This document shows, piece after piece, positions 35,994 to 45,490 of a DNA stretch of 64,000 bases (position 1 is the stretch's first letter; each line of letters begins with the position of its first letter). Below the pieces are notes generated by a model, which did no database searches, was not told where the DNA came from, and saw nothing but the letters and a program-made list of their open reading frames with translations. Where the stretch lies: IMG/VR virus record IMGVR_UViG_2687453351_000002, positions 2,312 to 66,311 of that record. One strand, 5' to 3'. The position numbers were made by a program, and so were the translations under genes. The stretch is from a virus.

Positions 35994-37326
35994 CGGCATG
36001 CCCCGTCGCCGTGAAACCGACGCTGACGAAGTTCCGCATGCCCTGGCGCGCGGGCACGATCGGATCGTCAACCCAGGCATAGACGCAGTCGGTCGGATAG
36101 CCCTCGGGTCTCGCCGCGATGAAAAACGGCTCGGTTCGCGCGGCCCTGGCGAACGGGTCGAAGGTCTGGCGATACCAGTCCTCGGGCAGGTTCTGCCACT
36201 CAAAGGCCCCGGAAAGCCCGGCGCGCTGGATGAACCGCCCCATCAGCTGGCCGCCTTCACTGATATAGCTGGTGAGAACGGCGGTGCGTCCAAGATCGGC
36301 CGACCCCAGGTTCGTATACCCCATGCGGGGCATTTCGAGGGCCTTGCCTGTGTACACCACTCCGATCCGGGCGGGCTGGGATACCGAGACCCGGATTCCA
36401 TCAGTCTCGACGGGATCGAAGAGATACAGGATCGCGCTGTCGTCAGAAGGCAGCAGCCAGTCATCCGAGACCGCCCACCAAGCGGAAGTAGCGCCCCCTG
36501 AAAGCGTCGGAATATAGGGGGAAGGCGTCTCCCGAGCCTCCGCTTGTGCCCCAAAGACTTGAACGGCTTCCCCGCTGCCCTCGTAAGACAGGGTTCCGTC
36601 GTCAAGGACGATGTTTATTCTGATGTTCACGCTGGCCTCAACTTGCGCCGGAGAGGTCAGGGAAACTCGGTACCAGCCAGTGTTCCCCACTGGAACCGAG
36701 ATGGCAGTGGCCGTTCCGAAAGTGGACAGGATTTGCCCATCCGGCCCCAAGTCGCATCCGCAAGGGGCGGGGTACGCCGCGCCGACGAAAGCCATCCTCA
36801 ATCTTCGCTGAGGGCTCATTGGCCCGGGCAGCACATACAGAGAGAAGGTGTACAACTGCCCCGCCACAGCATCCGTAAATCCGGCCTGAATGAAGTGCTG
36901 CCCGTTGCCGGTCTCTGTAAGAAGCCTCGCGTCAGAAGAACCATCTGGCCCTTCGGCAATCACCAAGTCGACATTTACGATGGTCGGCCAAAGGGGAAAG
37001 TCCTGAGAATACCAAATCAGGTTCTCGTGGATTTCCCCGGGGGAATACTCCGCTCTGGCACTCGCCCCCGTGGTCCCCAGTGTGTGGGCACCAATGCCGA
37101 TGGCATCAACCACTCGTGAGAACGGATACGTGATCTGCCATGACGCGGGGACGGCCTCGGGCTTCCACCAGCTGTTGGTCTCGACGGTGTCGGCCAGCCC
37201 GGCCTCGAAGCCCTCCGCCTCGCTGGTGGCGCCGACTGAGCCCGCGGCTTTGTCCCACAGGATGCGGGCATGGGTCATCGGATAGGGCGACGCCGCCGCG
37301 TGCCCGAGCGTGTAGGTCACTGCCAC
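35980..37326 (-). CDS. Distal tail protein with inserted carbohydrate-binding-like domain
   Basis: After TMP; internal NLIWYS...FGAQAE...PSPYIPT segment. Confidence 0.7.
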   Translation of the reverse strand: MAVTYTLGHAAASPYPMTHARILWDKAAGSVGATSEAEGFEAGLADTVETNSWWKPEAVPASWQITYPFSRVVDAIGIGAHTLGTTGASARAEYSPGEIHENLIWYSQDFPLWPTIVNVDLVIAEGPDGSSDARLLTETGNGQHFIQAGFTDAVAGQLYTFSLYVLPGPMSPQRRLRMAFVGAAYPAPCGCDLGPDGQILSTFGTATAISVPVGNTGWYRVSLTSPAQVEASVNIRINIVLDDGTLSYEGSGEAVQVFGAQAEARETPSPYIPTLSGGATSAWWAVSDDWLLPSDDSAILYLFDPVETDGIRVSVSQPARIGVVYTGKALEMPRMGYTNLGSADLGRTAVLTSYISEGGQLMGRFIQRAGLSGAFEWQNLPEDWYRQTFDPFARAARTEPFFIAARPEGYPTDCVYAWVDDPIVPARQGMRNFVSVGFTATGHADAAA

Positions 37327-37363
37327 TCTGGTGCTCCTTTTCTGCGGAGGTCGCTTCGCGCCG

Positions 37364-39502
37364 TCAGCCTGCGGCGCCCTGCCAGTCGAGATTGAGCCGA
37401 TAGCCGTCGCCGAAGGCCTCGTTCAGCGCCTTGACCAGCGCCTCGCCGCTCTGGCGGCCGATCACGTCGCCCTGCACGGTGACGTTGGCGGTTCGCTGGG
37501 GCGCGGGCGCCGCCGCTTGGGCCGCAGCCCCGGCCGACGAGGCCCCGCCGCCCGAGCCCGATTTCGACCCGCTCTTGATCGCGGCAACCAGCGCGAGCCC
37601 CTTTGCCATCACTGTTGCCATGGCGGCGATGTTTTCCGGGAAGGGAAGCTCGAGGGCCTTCGCGGCCCCCACGTTTGTAGAAATCAGCGCCTGCGCGGCC
37701 CCGGCGACCTGGGCCATCTTGAACGCCTTGTCGTTGAAGGCCCCGAGCGCACCCAGAACGTCTTGCGTCGCGGAGAGCGTCTGTGCCTTGCGGCCTTGGT
37801 TCGAAAGCCGCTCGATGTTCGCAAGCCGGTCCTGGTGCTCCTGCTCCAGCTTCTCCCGGAGGGCCTTATATTCCTGGTCGTTGATCGCCTCGGCTTCTCG
37901 CGCCTCCTGAAGTGTTTGGAGGCCCTTCTCGTACCATTCCTGAAGAACTTCGTTCTCGGTTTTCAGCCCCTCCTGCAGGGCCTCTAGCCGCTCTTTCAGC
38001 GACTCCTTGATTTCGTCGGCGCCCGGGAGGCCTGGGAGGATCGGATCCTCTTTTTCTTTCGTCGGCTTGTCTCCCGGCTTGTCTTCGGGGTCGTCTCCAT
38101 CATTGCCTACGGTGGTGAGGGTTTCTTCGAGCCGAGCCTTGGCCTCGGCAAGTTGCTGCTGAGCGGCGTTCAGCCGTTCGGCTGCAGCTTCTGTCTTCGC
38201 CGCCATGTCTTCCGCATAGCCGGAGTTGCCACCTGCGGTCAGCGGGTTCTGATCCAGAAGACTGTTGCCCGAAGCTTCGAGTGCTTGGACCTTCGCAAGC
38301 TCGGCCTCCGCTGCGGCAAGGGCGCTCTCGGCCAGCTCGTAGTTGTTTTTCGCCAGATCGACGGCCGCCTTGCCCGCTTCCGGCGATCCGGTGTCCGTGA
38401 AGACGCCCAGCACCCGGTTCAGCTCGGCCTGCCTTTCCGCCGCTGCTTTCGACCCCTCGGCCGCGTCTTCGGCCTTCTCGCGCCACTTGGAAATACCCAC
38501 GAGGGCGGTTCCGAGCGCGCCCCCGACTGCCCAGAGCGGCCCGCCCATGGCCGCAAGCGCCACGGCGGCAACGCTTGCCGCGGTGGTCACAATCTCCAGG
38601 TTGTCGGACAGCACGACCACGCCGCGGGCCAGCCCGGCGGCAAGGTCCGTGACCGTCGCGATGCCCGACGCCGCCGCGCCGAGGAAGTCCTCGGAAAGGA
38701 TGGCCTCGGACAGGCCGTCGAAGGCTTCGGCCATCTCCGAAATCGCGTCATCCGCGTCGGCCGAGGACAGCAGATCGTCCAGCTTGTCGGCAGCATCGCT
38801 GAGCGTCGGAGCGAATGCCCCGGCGATCTTGATTTCCAGCGCTTCGATGGTGGCGGAAACGCGGCTCATTGCCCGGTTGGCGTCCTGAAGGTCAGAGATC
38901 ATTTCGTCGGAAATGATCTGCCCCGCGCCGGACGCCGCGTCCCCGAGTTTCCGCATTTCGCGCCCGCCGTTCCGCAACAGCGGCAGCAGCGTGGTCGTGT
39001 CGGAGGCCAGGGCCTCCATGTAGAACGTCATCTGCTGTTGGTTCACGCCCGCCTTTTCGAGCGTGTCGACGTAAAGCTGCAGCGCCTGGGGGCCGGAGAG
39101 GTTGCGGAACTGCTCCGCCGTGACGCCGACCTTGGGGGCGATTTTCTCGAAAAAGTCCGACATTTCGCCGGAGCCGGTGGACAGGAACTCGCCCACACGG
39201 TCGGTCACGTCCTGCAGAATGTCCCCGAGCTTGTCTTGCTCGACCCCGGCCGTGCGCGCCGCGAATGCCATCTTCTGGAAGGCCTCGGGCGTGGCGTTCG
39301 CCCGCTGCGCCAGGATGTTGATCGACTTGGCTGCGTTCATGCCCTTTACGGCCATGACGCCGAAGGCGCCCACCACGGCGGTGCTCGCGGCTATCGCGGC
39401 GGTGCCGATCCCGCGGAGGCTTCTCCCCGCGCGATCGACAGCCCGTTCGAGTCCCTCGGTCTCGCCGGTGATCTCGACGTTAAGCGGCTTGAGAAATGGC
39501 AT
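37364..39502 (-). CDS. Tape measure protein
   Basis: 712 aa helical, LNVEITGETEGL start, LSGPQALQLYV, coiled-coil C-terminus. Confidence 0.9.
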   Translation of the reverse strand: MPFLKPLNVEITGETEGLERAVDRAGRSLRGIGTAAIAASTAVVGAFGVMAVKGMNAAKSINILAQRANATPEAFQKMAFAARTAGVEQDKLGDILQDVTDRVGEFLSTGSGEMSDFFEKIAPKVGVTAEQFRNLSGPQALQLYVDTLEKAGVNQQQMTFYMEALASDTTTLLPLLRNGGREMRKLGDAASGAGQIISDEMISDLQDANRAMSRVSATIEALEIKIAGAFAPTLSDAADKLDDLLSSADADDAISEMAEAFDGLSEAILSEDFLGAAASGIATVTDLAAGLARGVVVLSDNLEIVTTAASVAAVALAAMGGPLWAVGGALGTALVGISKWREKAEDAAEGSKAAAERQAELNRVLGVFTDTGSPEAGKAAVDLAKNNYELAESALAAAEAELAKVQALEASGNSLLDQNPLTAGGNSGYAEDMAAKTEAAAERLNAAQQQLAEAKARLEETLTTVGNDGDDPEDKPGDKPTKEKEDPILPGLPGADEIKESLKERLEALQEGLKTENEVLQEWYEKGLQTLQEAREAEAINDQEYKALREKLEQEHQDRLANIERLSNQGRKAQTLSATQDVLGALGAFNDKAFKMAQVAGAAQALISTNVGAAKALELPFPENIAAMATVMAKGLALVAAIKSGSKSGSGGGASSAGAAAQAAAPAPQRTANVTVQGDVIGRQSGEALVKALNEAFGDGYRLNLDWQGAAG

Positions 39503-39770
39503 CGCGCTTCGCCTTCACCTTGGCGCGCAACCGCGCGCTTTCTTCTTCGATGGCCTGAAGGTCGCCCTCGGTCATGCCTCCGGCGTAGTCGCCCTTCGCC
39601 GCCGGGCGGCGCCATTCGAACTCGTGCATGATTTCCGTGACGGTGAGGCCCCAGACCTCGGCCGGGGCGATGCCCCAGCCCCGGCAGGCGCAATAGAGCC
39701 CCCCGAAATCCAGGTCGTCTAGCTCGCCTTCTTGCGGCCCTTCTTCCCGGGGGCGGCGGGCTTTTTTCCC
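39480..39770 (-). CDS. Tail chaperone -1 frameshift extension
   Basis: After G GGA AAA AAG the -1 frame reads ...ELDDLDFGGLYCACRGWGIAPAEVWGLT...AA*. Confidence 0.65.
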   Translation of the reverse strand, partial: GKKARRPREEGPQEGELDDLDFGGLYCACRGWGIAPAEVWGLTVTEIMHEFEWRRPAAKGDYAGGMTEGDLQAIEEESARLRAKVKAKRDAISQAA

Positions 39771-40096
39771 ATGTCCACCGTCGGCAGAACCGCCTGGACA
39801 TAGGCCATCTTAAAGCCCGCGATCTCGGTCTGGTTCCCGTCGATCAGGAACGCATAACTCTCGTCCTCCGAAATGGCCGGCCGTTCCTCGCCCTCGGGCA
39901 CCTGCGCGGCGCGAAGGAACTCGAAAAGGACCGCCGCCAGGTCTTCCAGATCGACCCCGCCGCGAATGCACTTGTTTGCCAGCGCCACGTTGTTGACCCC
40001 GCGGGCCTTGATGCGGCGCAGAAGCGCGAGGGACGGAACGACCGTCAGGTCGCGGCCCTGGAAGCGGAAAGACTGCTCTCTGAAAACGTCCGACAT
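39719..40096 (-). CDS. Tail assembly chaperone
   Basis: Between tube and TMP; slippery site near 3' end. Confidence 0.75.
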   Translation of the reverse strand: MSDVFREQSFRFQGRDLTVVPSLALLRRIKARGVNNVALANKCIRGGVDLEDLAAVLFEFLRAAQVPEGEERPAISEDESYAFLIDGNQTEIAGFKMAYVQAVLPTVDMGKKPAAPGKKGRKKAS

Positions 40097-40488
40097 CAGC
40101 TCACCGCCCCCTTCGTGATCTCCCCGACCGATTGCAGCGTGCCGGTGAAGGTGGTTCCGTCATTGTAAGGGGCGGCGATGCTGAAACCGGCCTGGAACTG
40201 CCAGCGGCCCGAAAGCGTGAACAGATCCGCCACCGTGATCGTGAAATCGTTCTGCACGCCTTTGAACGCCATATCGGCCAGAGTGTCGCCCTTGAGAACG
40301 CCCTCCAGCGCCACGCTGACGTTGTTCGTCGCGAACTCGCCATCGAGCGTTGCGGTCCAGCCGTCATCGCCATCGGCCGTCACGTCGATCAGCTCGCCGT
40401 TGAAATTGATGGTCTTGGTCCGAAGCTCGTCGGCAAGGTCGGTGTCGCCCATCGACACCAGCACCGCGCGGCCACTGCTCGCTGCCAT
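40096..40488 (-). CDS. Major tail tube protein
   Basis: MAASSGRAVL..KTINFNGELIDVTADGDDGW..APYNDGTTFTGTLQSVG. Confidence 0.8.
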   Translation of the reverse strand: MAASSGRAVLVSMGDTDLADELRTKTINFNGELIDVTADGDDGWTATLDGEFATNNVSVALEGVLKGDTLADMAFKGVQNDFTITVADLFTLSGRWQFQAGFSIAAPYNDGTTFTGTLQSVGEITKGAVS

Positions 40489-40500
40489 GGTAAAGCCCTC

Positions 40501-40905
40501 CTAGGCGGGTTGTGCGCTGTCGCGCAGGATCTCGAAATTCAGGGTGAACAGGGCGCGGTCTTCGTCGTCGCGCCCGATGAAGGCGATCTCGCTGGACGGC
40601 ATCCAGCCGAGGATTGCCGCGCCCGGCACCGCCAGAACGACCGGCGGCACAAGGGCTTTGTAGATGGCGGCGGCCCGCTGCCATGCGGCGTCATAGCTGG
40701 CCGACCGGACGCGGACCTGGACGCGCGGGCAGCGAAGATCGACCAGGAGCCCCGGCTCGCCGCCGGTGTCGTAGCACGTCACCACATCGACCGGCTGCAA
40801 CGGCTCGCGGCCGACATAGACGGGCCAGCCCTCGGCGCCGCCGAATGCGCCGGTGGCGCCCTGCGCGGCGAGGAACAGGGCGGTATCATGTGCGGGCGAT
40901 CTCAT
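40501..40905 (-). CDS. Tail terminator-like protein
   Basis: VTCYDTGG..PRVQVRVRS..IGRDDEDR..FTLNF. Confidence 0.7.
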   Translation of the reverse strand: MRSPAHDTALFLAAQGATGAFGGAEGWPVYVGREPLQPVDVVTCYDTGGEPGLLVDLRCPRVQVRVRSASYDAAWQRAAAIYKALVPPVVLAVPGAAILGWMPSSEIAFIGRDDEDRALFTLNFEILRDSAQPA

Positions 40906-41297
40906 TGCTCAAGGGCCTTTCGGATCTCGGCCTCGACCAGATCGCGGACGGCTTCCGCGTTCTCGTCGACGGCCTTTTCCAGAAACTTCGGGCCGCCGGG
41001 GTTCCAGTAGGTGCCAAGCCCGGACGGGCGGGGCTTTCCCTTGCGCTTTTGCTCAAGGTTCTCGTGCACGAAGATCGCGTATTCGGCGGAGAAGCCGACC
41101 TCGGCCCCCTTCGGGATTTTCTGGGTGTAGGCGGAGCCGCGCAGGTTGTTATGCTCAACCGGCGTTAGCTTTTGCCCCTTGCCCTGGATCAGCAGGCCGC
41201 CCGCGTATGCGCCTCTCTGCGCCGCCTCCGGGGCGTCCCGCGCGATCTTCCGCAGTTGGCGGTTCAGATCGTCCAGCCCCTCGACCTTTATAGCCAT
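40902..41297 (-). CDS. HK97 gp10-like neck protein
   Basis: LTPVEHNNLRGS..YAIFVHE..PKFLEKA. Confidence 0.75.
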   Translation of the reverse strand: MAIKVEGLDDLNRQLRKIARDAPEAAQRGAYAGGLLIQGKGQKLTPVEHNNLRGSAYTQKIPKGAEVGFSAEYAIFVHENLEQKRKGKPRPSGLGTYWNPGGPKFLEKAVDENAEAVRDLVEAEIRKALEQ

Positions 41298-41605
41298 GCC
41301 GTGATGATCTCCGTCCCACCGCGCAGGGACGGGCTCGATCCCGCTTGCCGGATCTCGCGGGCTTCCGCCGGATCGGTGAGGGCGCCAAGCCCGATGCGCC
41401 CGCCGACCTCGACGGCCTGCGAGACATAGACCACGGCCTCGGATGTGACCTCGCGGCCCTGCTCGTCGCGGAACAGCACGGCCTTGTCCTGCCAGCGGCA
41501 GACCGCGGCCACGGGCGCGCCGTGCTGCGGATCTCCGAACCCGTTCACGCCTGCGGGCGGGAAGTAGGTGGCGGCCTGTGTCAGACCGCGAGTGTAGACG
41601 GCCAT
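41288..41605 (-). CDS. Head closure protein
   Basis: GVNGFGDPQHG..CRWQDK; gene order. Confidence 0.65.
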   Translation of the reverse strand: MAVYTRGLTQAATYFPPAGVNGFGDPQHGAPVAAVCRWQDKAVLFRDEQGREVTSEAVVYVSQAVEVGGRIGLGALTDPAEAREIRQAGSSPSLRGGTEIITAWL

Positions 41606-41982
41606 CAGATCACCTCTGCCGATGCGCGCGGGCGCCCGAGCCGGGCGAGGCCGCCCAGGGTGTCGAGCAACAGGGCCTGCTGGCCGAAATGCGTCGCCCG
41701 CAGCCCTTCGCCGGTCAGCGCGGCCTTGGCATAGGTCTCGGAGGCGTCCCCGAGGCTCATGCTCGTGAGCGACCCCGCGCCGGTCCCGGCCGCCCCGTTG
41801 GTGCTGGCGATCAGGTGGGCCGCCAGCCACTTGACGATTGCCGCCTGACGCGCGGGCTCATAGGGGGCGATGCAGACCCCGGCCATAAGGGCGGCGTCCT
41901 CAATGATCGACGCGACCACGGGCGCCGGGAAGTCGGTCCCCGTGATCGCAATGACGCTACTGGCTTCCGGCAGTGTCGGCAT
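41605..41982 (-). CDS. Head-tail adaptor
   Basis: KWLAAHLIA..SLGDASETY..THFGQQA. Confidence 0.65.
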   Translation of the reverse strand: MPTLPEASSVIAITGTDFPAPVVASIIEDAALMAGVCIAPYEPARQAAIVKWLAAHLIASTNGAAGTGAGSLTSMSLGDASETYAKAALTGEGLRATHFGQQALLLDTLGGLARLGRPRASAEVI

Positions 41983-42181
41983 TGTCCTCGGCCTCCGCGT
42001 TGGTTGCGGCGATCTTGGCCGCGCGTGTGGGTTTTCCGCAGTTGCTGGCTTCCGGTTCCGGCGCGGCGGACAGCCGGTCCCCGAAGGCGGCAAGCAACTG
42101 CTCGCCGCCCTCGAAGGTCTCCCCCGGGCCGTCGGTCACGCCGCGGTGCGTGTGGCTGGCCCCGGGGGAAACCAGCTGCAT
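41957..42181 (-). CDS. Small hypothetical protein following capsid gene
   Basis: TGATG-coupled MQLVSPGASHTH... Confidence 0.5.
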   Translation of the reverse strand: MQLVSPGASHTHRGVTDGPGETFEGGEQLLAAFGDRLSAAPEPEASNCGKPTRAAKIAATNAEAEDNADTAGSQ

Positions 42182-43272
42182 CAGCCGCCCACGGCGCCGT
42201 GGCAGATGCCGCAGCGGCCGTCGAAGTCTGCCTTGAGGCGGGGCGCCCACGCGGCATAGTTCATGAAATGGTTCGTGAAGCCCGACCCCGACTGCCACTG
42301 CACGGTGGTCACGTCCGCGGCCACGCCCAGATCCATGTACCGGCGCTGCATGTCGAGCAGCAGCACGTCCCCTTTGGTCAGAACGTCCGAGATCCGCACC
42401 GCGCGGATCACGTCCTCGTCCAGGACCCGCTCCATCAGGGTCTTGTCCCCGTGTTCCTTGAAGTCCTCGCGGAACCGGCTGGCATAGGCGCCCGGAATGT
42501 AGATCGTGAAGGGACCGAAAGACCGCTGTTTGGTCTCCATCAGCGCGACCATCTGCAGGATCTCGCGGAAGATCATTTGCGGCGTGACCTTCTCGGTGTC
42601 CGACCAATCCGACAGCTTGAGGGTCACGCGGCCGTTCATGGTGGTCAGGCCCGGGATGTTGAAGCGGTTCCCGGCGCTGTCCGCCGCCGCAACGCGCGCG
42701 CCGAAGAAGACCATTTTCTCGGACGCGCGGGCGACGGCGCGGGCCGCCTCGGCGCCCGTGGTCACGTCCAGCGAGGCGCCGCGCTGCCGGGAGGCCAGCA
42801 GCATGCGTTCCCCGATGCTGAACCGCTTGCCGATGATCGGGATCGGCACGCCCGCAAGGCCGAACTCCTGCCGGTCCTTCTCGGTCTCGGTCTCGCCGTC
42901 CATGGTGATCTTCGCATCGGTGATCTCCGAGCCGGTCTCCCATTCCGAAACCAGCGTGCCGAGCCCGCCCACGTTGTAGGTCAGGCCCGCCTCCTGGAAG
43001 TCGCCCACGATCACCAGCCGCTCGCGCGCGGCCTCGATGATCTGGTCTTCCAGATCCACCCACTCGTCCTTGCGGAGCGTGGCGTTGGTGTTGATCGGGC
43101 GCTCGGCATAGACCGGGTTGCCCGACGCATCGAGCGTGCCGGTGTTCACGGTGATGACCGGGCGCCCGGCGTGCCGGCCGTTGGTCGCGATGTAGGGCCG
43201 CCGGGCGAGGATGGCATTCTCGCCGCCGGTCAGGCCCGAGCCGTTGAAGGCGTCGAGGGTGTCGAAAGGCAT
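42181..43272 (-). CDS. Major capsid protein (linocin/encapsulin-like HK97 fold)
   Basis: TLRKDEWVDLEDQIIEAARERLV..VPIPII; head operon context. Confidence 0.85.
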   Translation of the reverse strand: MPFDTLDAFNGSGLTGGENAILARRPYIATNGRHAGRPVITVNTGTLDASGNPVYAERPINTNATLRKDEWVDLEDQIIEAARERLVIVGDFQEAGLTYNVGGLGTLVSEWETGSEITDAKITMDGETETEKDRQEFGLAGVPIPIIGKRFSIGERMLLASRQRGASLDVTTGAEAARAVARASEKMVFFGARVAAADSAGNRFNIPGLTTMNGRVTLKLSDWSDTEKVTPQMIFREILQMVALMETKQRSFGPFTIYIPGAYASRFREDFKEHGDKTLMERVLDEDVIRAVRISDVLTKGDVLLLDMQRRYMDLGVAADVTTVQWQSGSGFTNHFMNYAAWAPRLKADFDGRCGICHGAVGG

Positions 43273-43287
43273 GTTCTGGATCTCCTG

Positions 43288-43746
43288 TTAAACCGCGGCG
43301 GTGCGCTGCGCGGGAATGACGACGACGCGGATGCGGGCCGGGGTGGCGCCGCCACTGTTGTCGAGGGCATCGACGGCCTGGGCGACGGCGATCTCGTCGT
43401 CACCGGCGGGGGCGAGGGTGCCGTCCCCGGCCGAGGCCAGCAGGGCGTTCTTTGCGATGGCGTCCGCGCCTGCGGCCGCGAGGGCATAGACCCGCGAGCC
43501 GGGGGCGAAAGTCTCGATGAGGACCGTATCGCCCTCCTGGTAATCGTCGTCGATGCCGCCGCCGATCATGCCGTTCTCGACGGCAAAGGACGGAGCGGCG
43601 GTCCCGGCAGCGGTGGCGTGCGGGCGCACGCGGTCATCGGCGGGCTCGACCAGCATGCCGGGCGTGGTCGGGCCAAGGGCAAGCGCCTCGGTCATGACGG
43701 CAAAGCCGTAGAGCTTGATGGTTTTCGGGGTGTCGGCCGAGGGCAT
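43288..43746 (-). CDS. Head decoration protein
   Basis: TPGMLVE..IDDDYQEGD..LLASAGDGTL; between prohead and capsid genes. Confidence 0.65.
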   Translation of the reverse strand: MPSADTPKTIKLYGFAVMTEALALGPTTPGMLVEPADDRVRPHATAAGTAAPSFAVENGMIGGGIDDDYQEGDTVLIETFAPGSRVYALAAAGADAIAKNALLASAGDGTLAPAGDDEIAVAQAVDALDNSGGATPARIRVVVIPAQRTAAV

Positions 43747-43749
43747 GGC

Positions 43750-44931
43750 TCAGGCCTCCTTCTTCTTGCCGCCCAGCACGCCGCGCGGCGTGAGCGGGTT
43801 GACGTTGGTTTCGATGGCGTCGGAGTTGGCGGCGAACCCGCCCTGACCGGAGTAGTCCGCGGGACGGATCATCTGCTCGACGGCCTCCAGTTGCTCGACC
43901 GGCATGGCGGCGATCTGGGCGCCGGTCAGCTTGTTGGCGGCATTGGCCTTGAGCCGGGCCGCCACGTCATGGCGCCGCAGATGCTCCTGCACGCCGTTGG
44001 CGATCAGCTTGTTCAGGTCGGCCGCGTTGACCGCGATACGGCCGTTCGTGGCGGGCTTGGCCGCCTTGTCCGCGAACGGGGCAGGCGTGTCGTCGGCGGG
44101 TGCGTCAGCCGCGGGGTCGTCGCCTTCCATGGCGTCGGGCGCGGCGGTGCTCTTGCCCAGGGCTTCGACGAAGGCCGCCATCACGGCGCGATCCTCGGGG
44201 CTCATGCCCTGGATGGCCGCCAGTTGCTTCGCATCGAGCGCGTTGGCTTTCACCAGCGCCTCGGCCTGTTTCGAAATGTCCATGCCTTTGTCCTCGCATT
44301 GGCAGTTGGTGTTGAGGCCGAGGGCTTTGCCCACAACGGCCCATGCTTCGTTCACCTTCATGGCGAGCGGTCCTTTCTTGCTGTTGGTGCGCGTGCCGCA
44401 GCCGTCCGCGATGCTGCATGCCCCGATCTGACCGGGCAGCAGCGCCAGGTGGTCGGGCCGGATGTTCCGGTGGATCATCGAGTAGGGGCGGCCGTTGAAC
44501 TCGCCCGCCTGCGGATCGTCGTCAGCGAAATACCCGGTGCTGACCTCGATGCACTCGCCCGTCTCAAGCCGCTTCATGAGATCGCAGAAGCCGAGGCGGC
44601 ATGCCTTTTCGGTGTCGAGCCAAAGCTCGGCCTTGAGCTTCGCGCCCTCGGTGCGGGCGTTGAAGACTGTGCCGATGGTGTTGCACTCGATCACGTCCGG
44701 GCGGTTGGCGCTGATCGCCTGTCCCTGTTCCTCGGGATGCAGCACCGGCACCGGGCGGCCGTTCCACGCCTCGGGGAAGCGGCTGAACTCGGCCAGCGGC
44801 ACCAGCGCGCCGTTCAGGACGCCCTCGCAGATCATGACCACGGGCACCACGAGGTGATCCCGACCCTCGAATTGCTCGTGTCGGATACCCCCGGCGGGGC
44901 TGAAATTGGCGGTGATGCGGTGCAGCGACAT
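43750..44931 (-). CDS. DUF2213 prohead protease/scaffold
   Basis: EGVLNG, WNGRPVPVLHP, EVSTGY, PDHLALLP..GACSIADGCG. Confidence 0.85.
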   Translation of the reverse strand: MSLHRITANFSPAGGIRHEQFEGRDHLVVPVVMICEGVLNGALVPLAEFSRFPEAWNGRPVPVLHPEEQGQAISANRPDVIECNTIGTVFNARTEGAKLKAELWLDTEKACRLGFCDLMKRLETGECIEVSTGYFADDDPQAGEFNGRPYSMIHRNIRPDHLALLPGQIGACSIADGCGTRTNSKKGPLAMKVNEAWAVVGKALGLNTNCQCEDKGMDISKQAEALVKANALDAKQLAAIQGMSPEDRAVMAAFVEALGKSTAAPDAMEGDDPAADAPADDTPAPFADKAAKPATNGRIAVNAADLNKLIANGVQEHLRRHDVAARLKANAANKLTGAQIAAMPVEQLEAVEQMIRPADYSGQGGFAANSDAIETNVNPLTPRGVLGGKKKEA

Positions 44932-44947
44932 GGGCGCCCCCAAATGC

Positions 44948-44978
44948 AAAAAGCCCCGCGGCCGGGGGGCTGCGGGGC
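44948..44978 (-). terminator. Terminator downstream of MuF-linked accessory genes
   Basis: GCCCCGC...GCGGGGC followed by TTTTT on minus strand. Confidence 0.6.
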
Positions 44979-45019
44979 GTTGGTCGTCGGTTGTCGGTTT
45001 GCCCGCTGGGGGCGTCAGG

Positions 45020-45202
45020 TCATCCTGCGAAAACGTAGGCCACGATCAGGATCACGACCACAGCGCCGCCGCGCATCGCCGCGCCACGCCAGTCCTTGGT
45101 GCGGATCGTCTTCTTTGCGCCCTCGATTGTGCCACTTATCCCGTGGGACAAAATGGCGAAGACGAGGATCAGCACGATGATAAGAACGAGGATTTCGAGC
45201 AT
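45020..45202 (-). CDS. 60-aa two-TM membrane protein (moron)
   Basis: MLEILVLIIVLILVFAILSHG...GAVVVILIVAYVFAG. Confidence 0.6.
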   Translation of the reverse strand: MLEILVLIIVLILVFAILSHGISGTIEGAKKTIRTKDWRGAAMRGGAVVVILIVAYVFAG

Positions 45203-45307
45203 TGGCGCCCCTTCCATGGTATTGCGGCGCCAAATATGGAAGCAATTTCAAGGACGTTATAGAGCCATCTCACCCTGCGCGACAGTGCGGCGCAGCGCTG
45301 GCGGGCC

Positions 45308-45490
45308 TTACGACATGGCGTTCAGGGGCGGCTCGGGCGCAAGCTCAAGCTCTTCGTCGGTCAGCTTTCGCCCCCTGGCGACGGCCATGGCGCAAAGCTC
45401 GTCCAGCTTGCCAAGCACTTCGTCGGGCATTCTGCGCGAAGACGGGAGATCTCCGAACCGCTTGTAGTATTCCCGGAACACATCATCCAT
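45308..45490 (-). CDS. Putative immunity protein for MuF toxin
   Basis: 60 aa MDDVFREYYKRFGDLPSS..., start overlaps MuF stop. Confidence 0.55.
   Translation of the reverse strand: MDDVFREYYKRFGDLPSSRRMPDEVLGKLDELCAMAVARGRKLTDEELELAPEPPLNAMS

Noticed and set aside
28521-36203. Effector loaded on the phage tail hub instead of VgrG
   Set aside because: Attractive because VgrG and tail hubs are homologous, but nothing in the sequence supports it: opposite strand, separate operon, no VgrG-like extension on the hub.
33673-37326. Diversity-generating retroelement or tail-fibre shufflon
   Set aside because: No reverse transcriptase, invertase, TR/VR pair or repeated crossover sites found by eye in the window.
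42181-43272. Encapsulin/linocin nanocompartment
   Set aside because: Sits in a full head operon with portal, terminase and protease, and no cargo gene.
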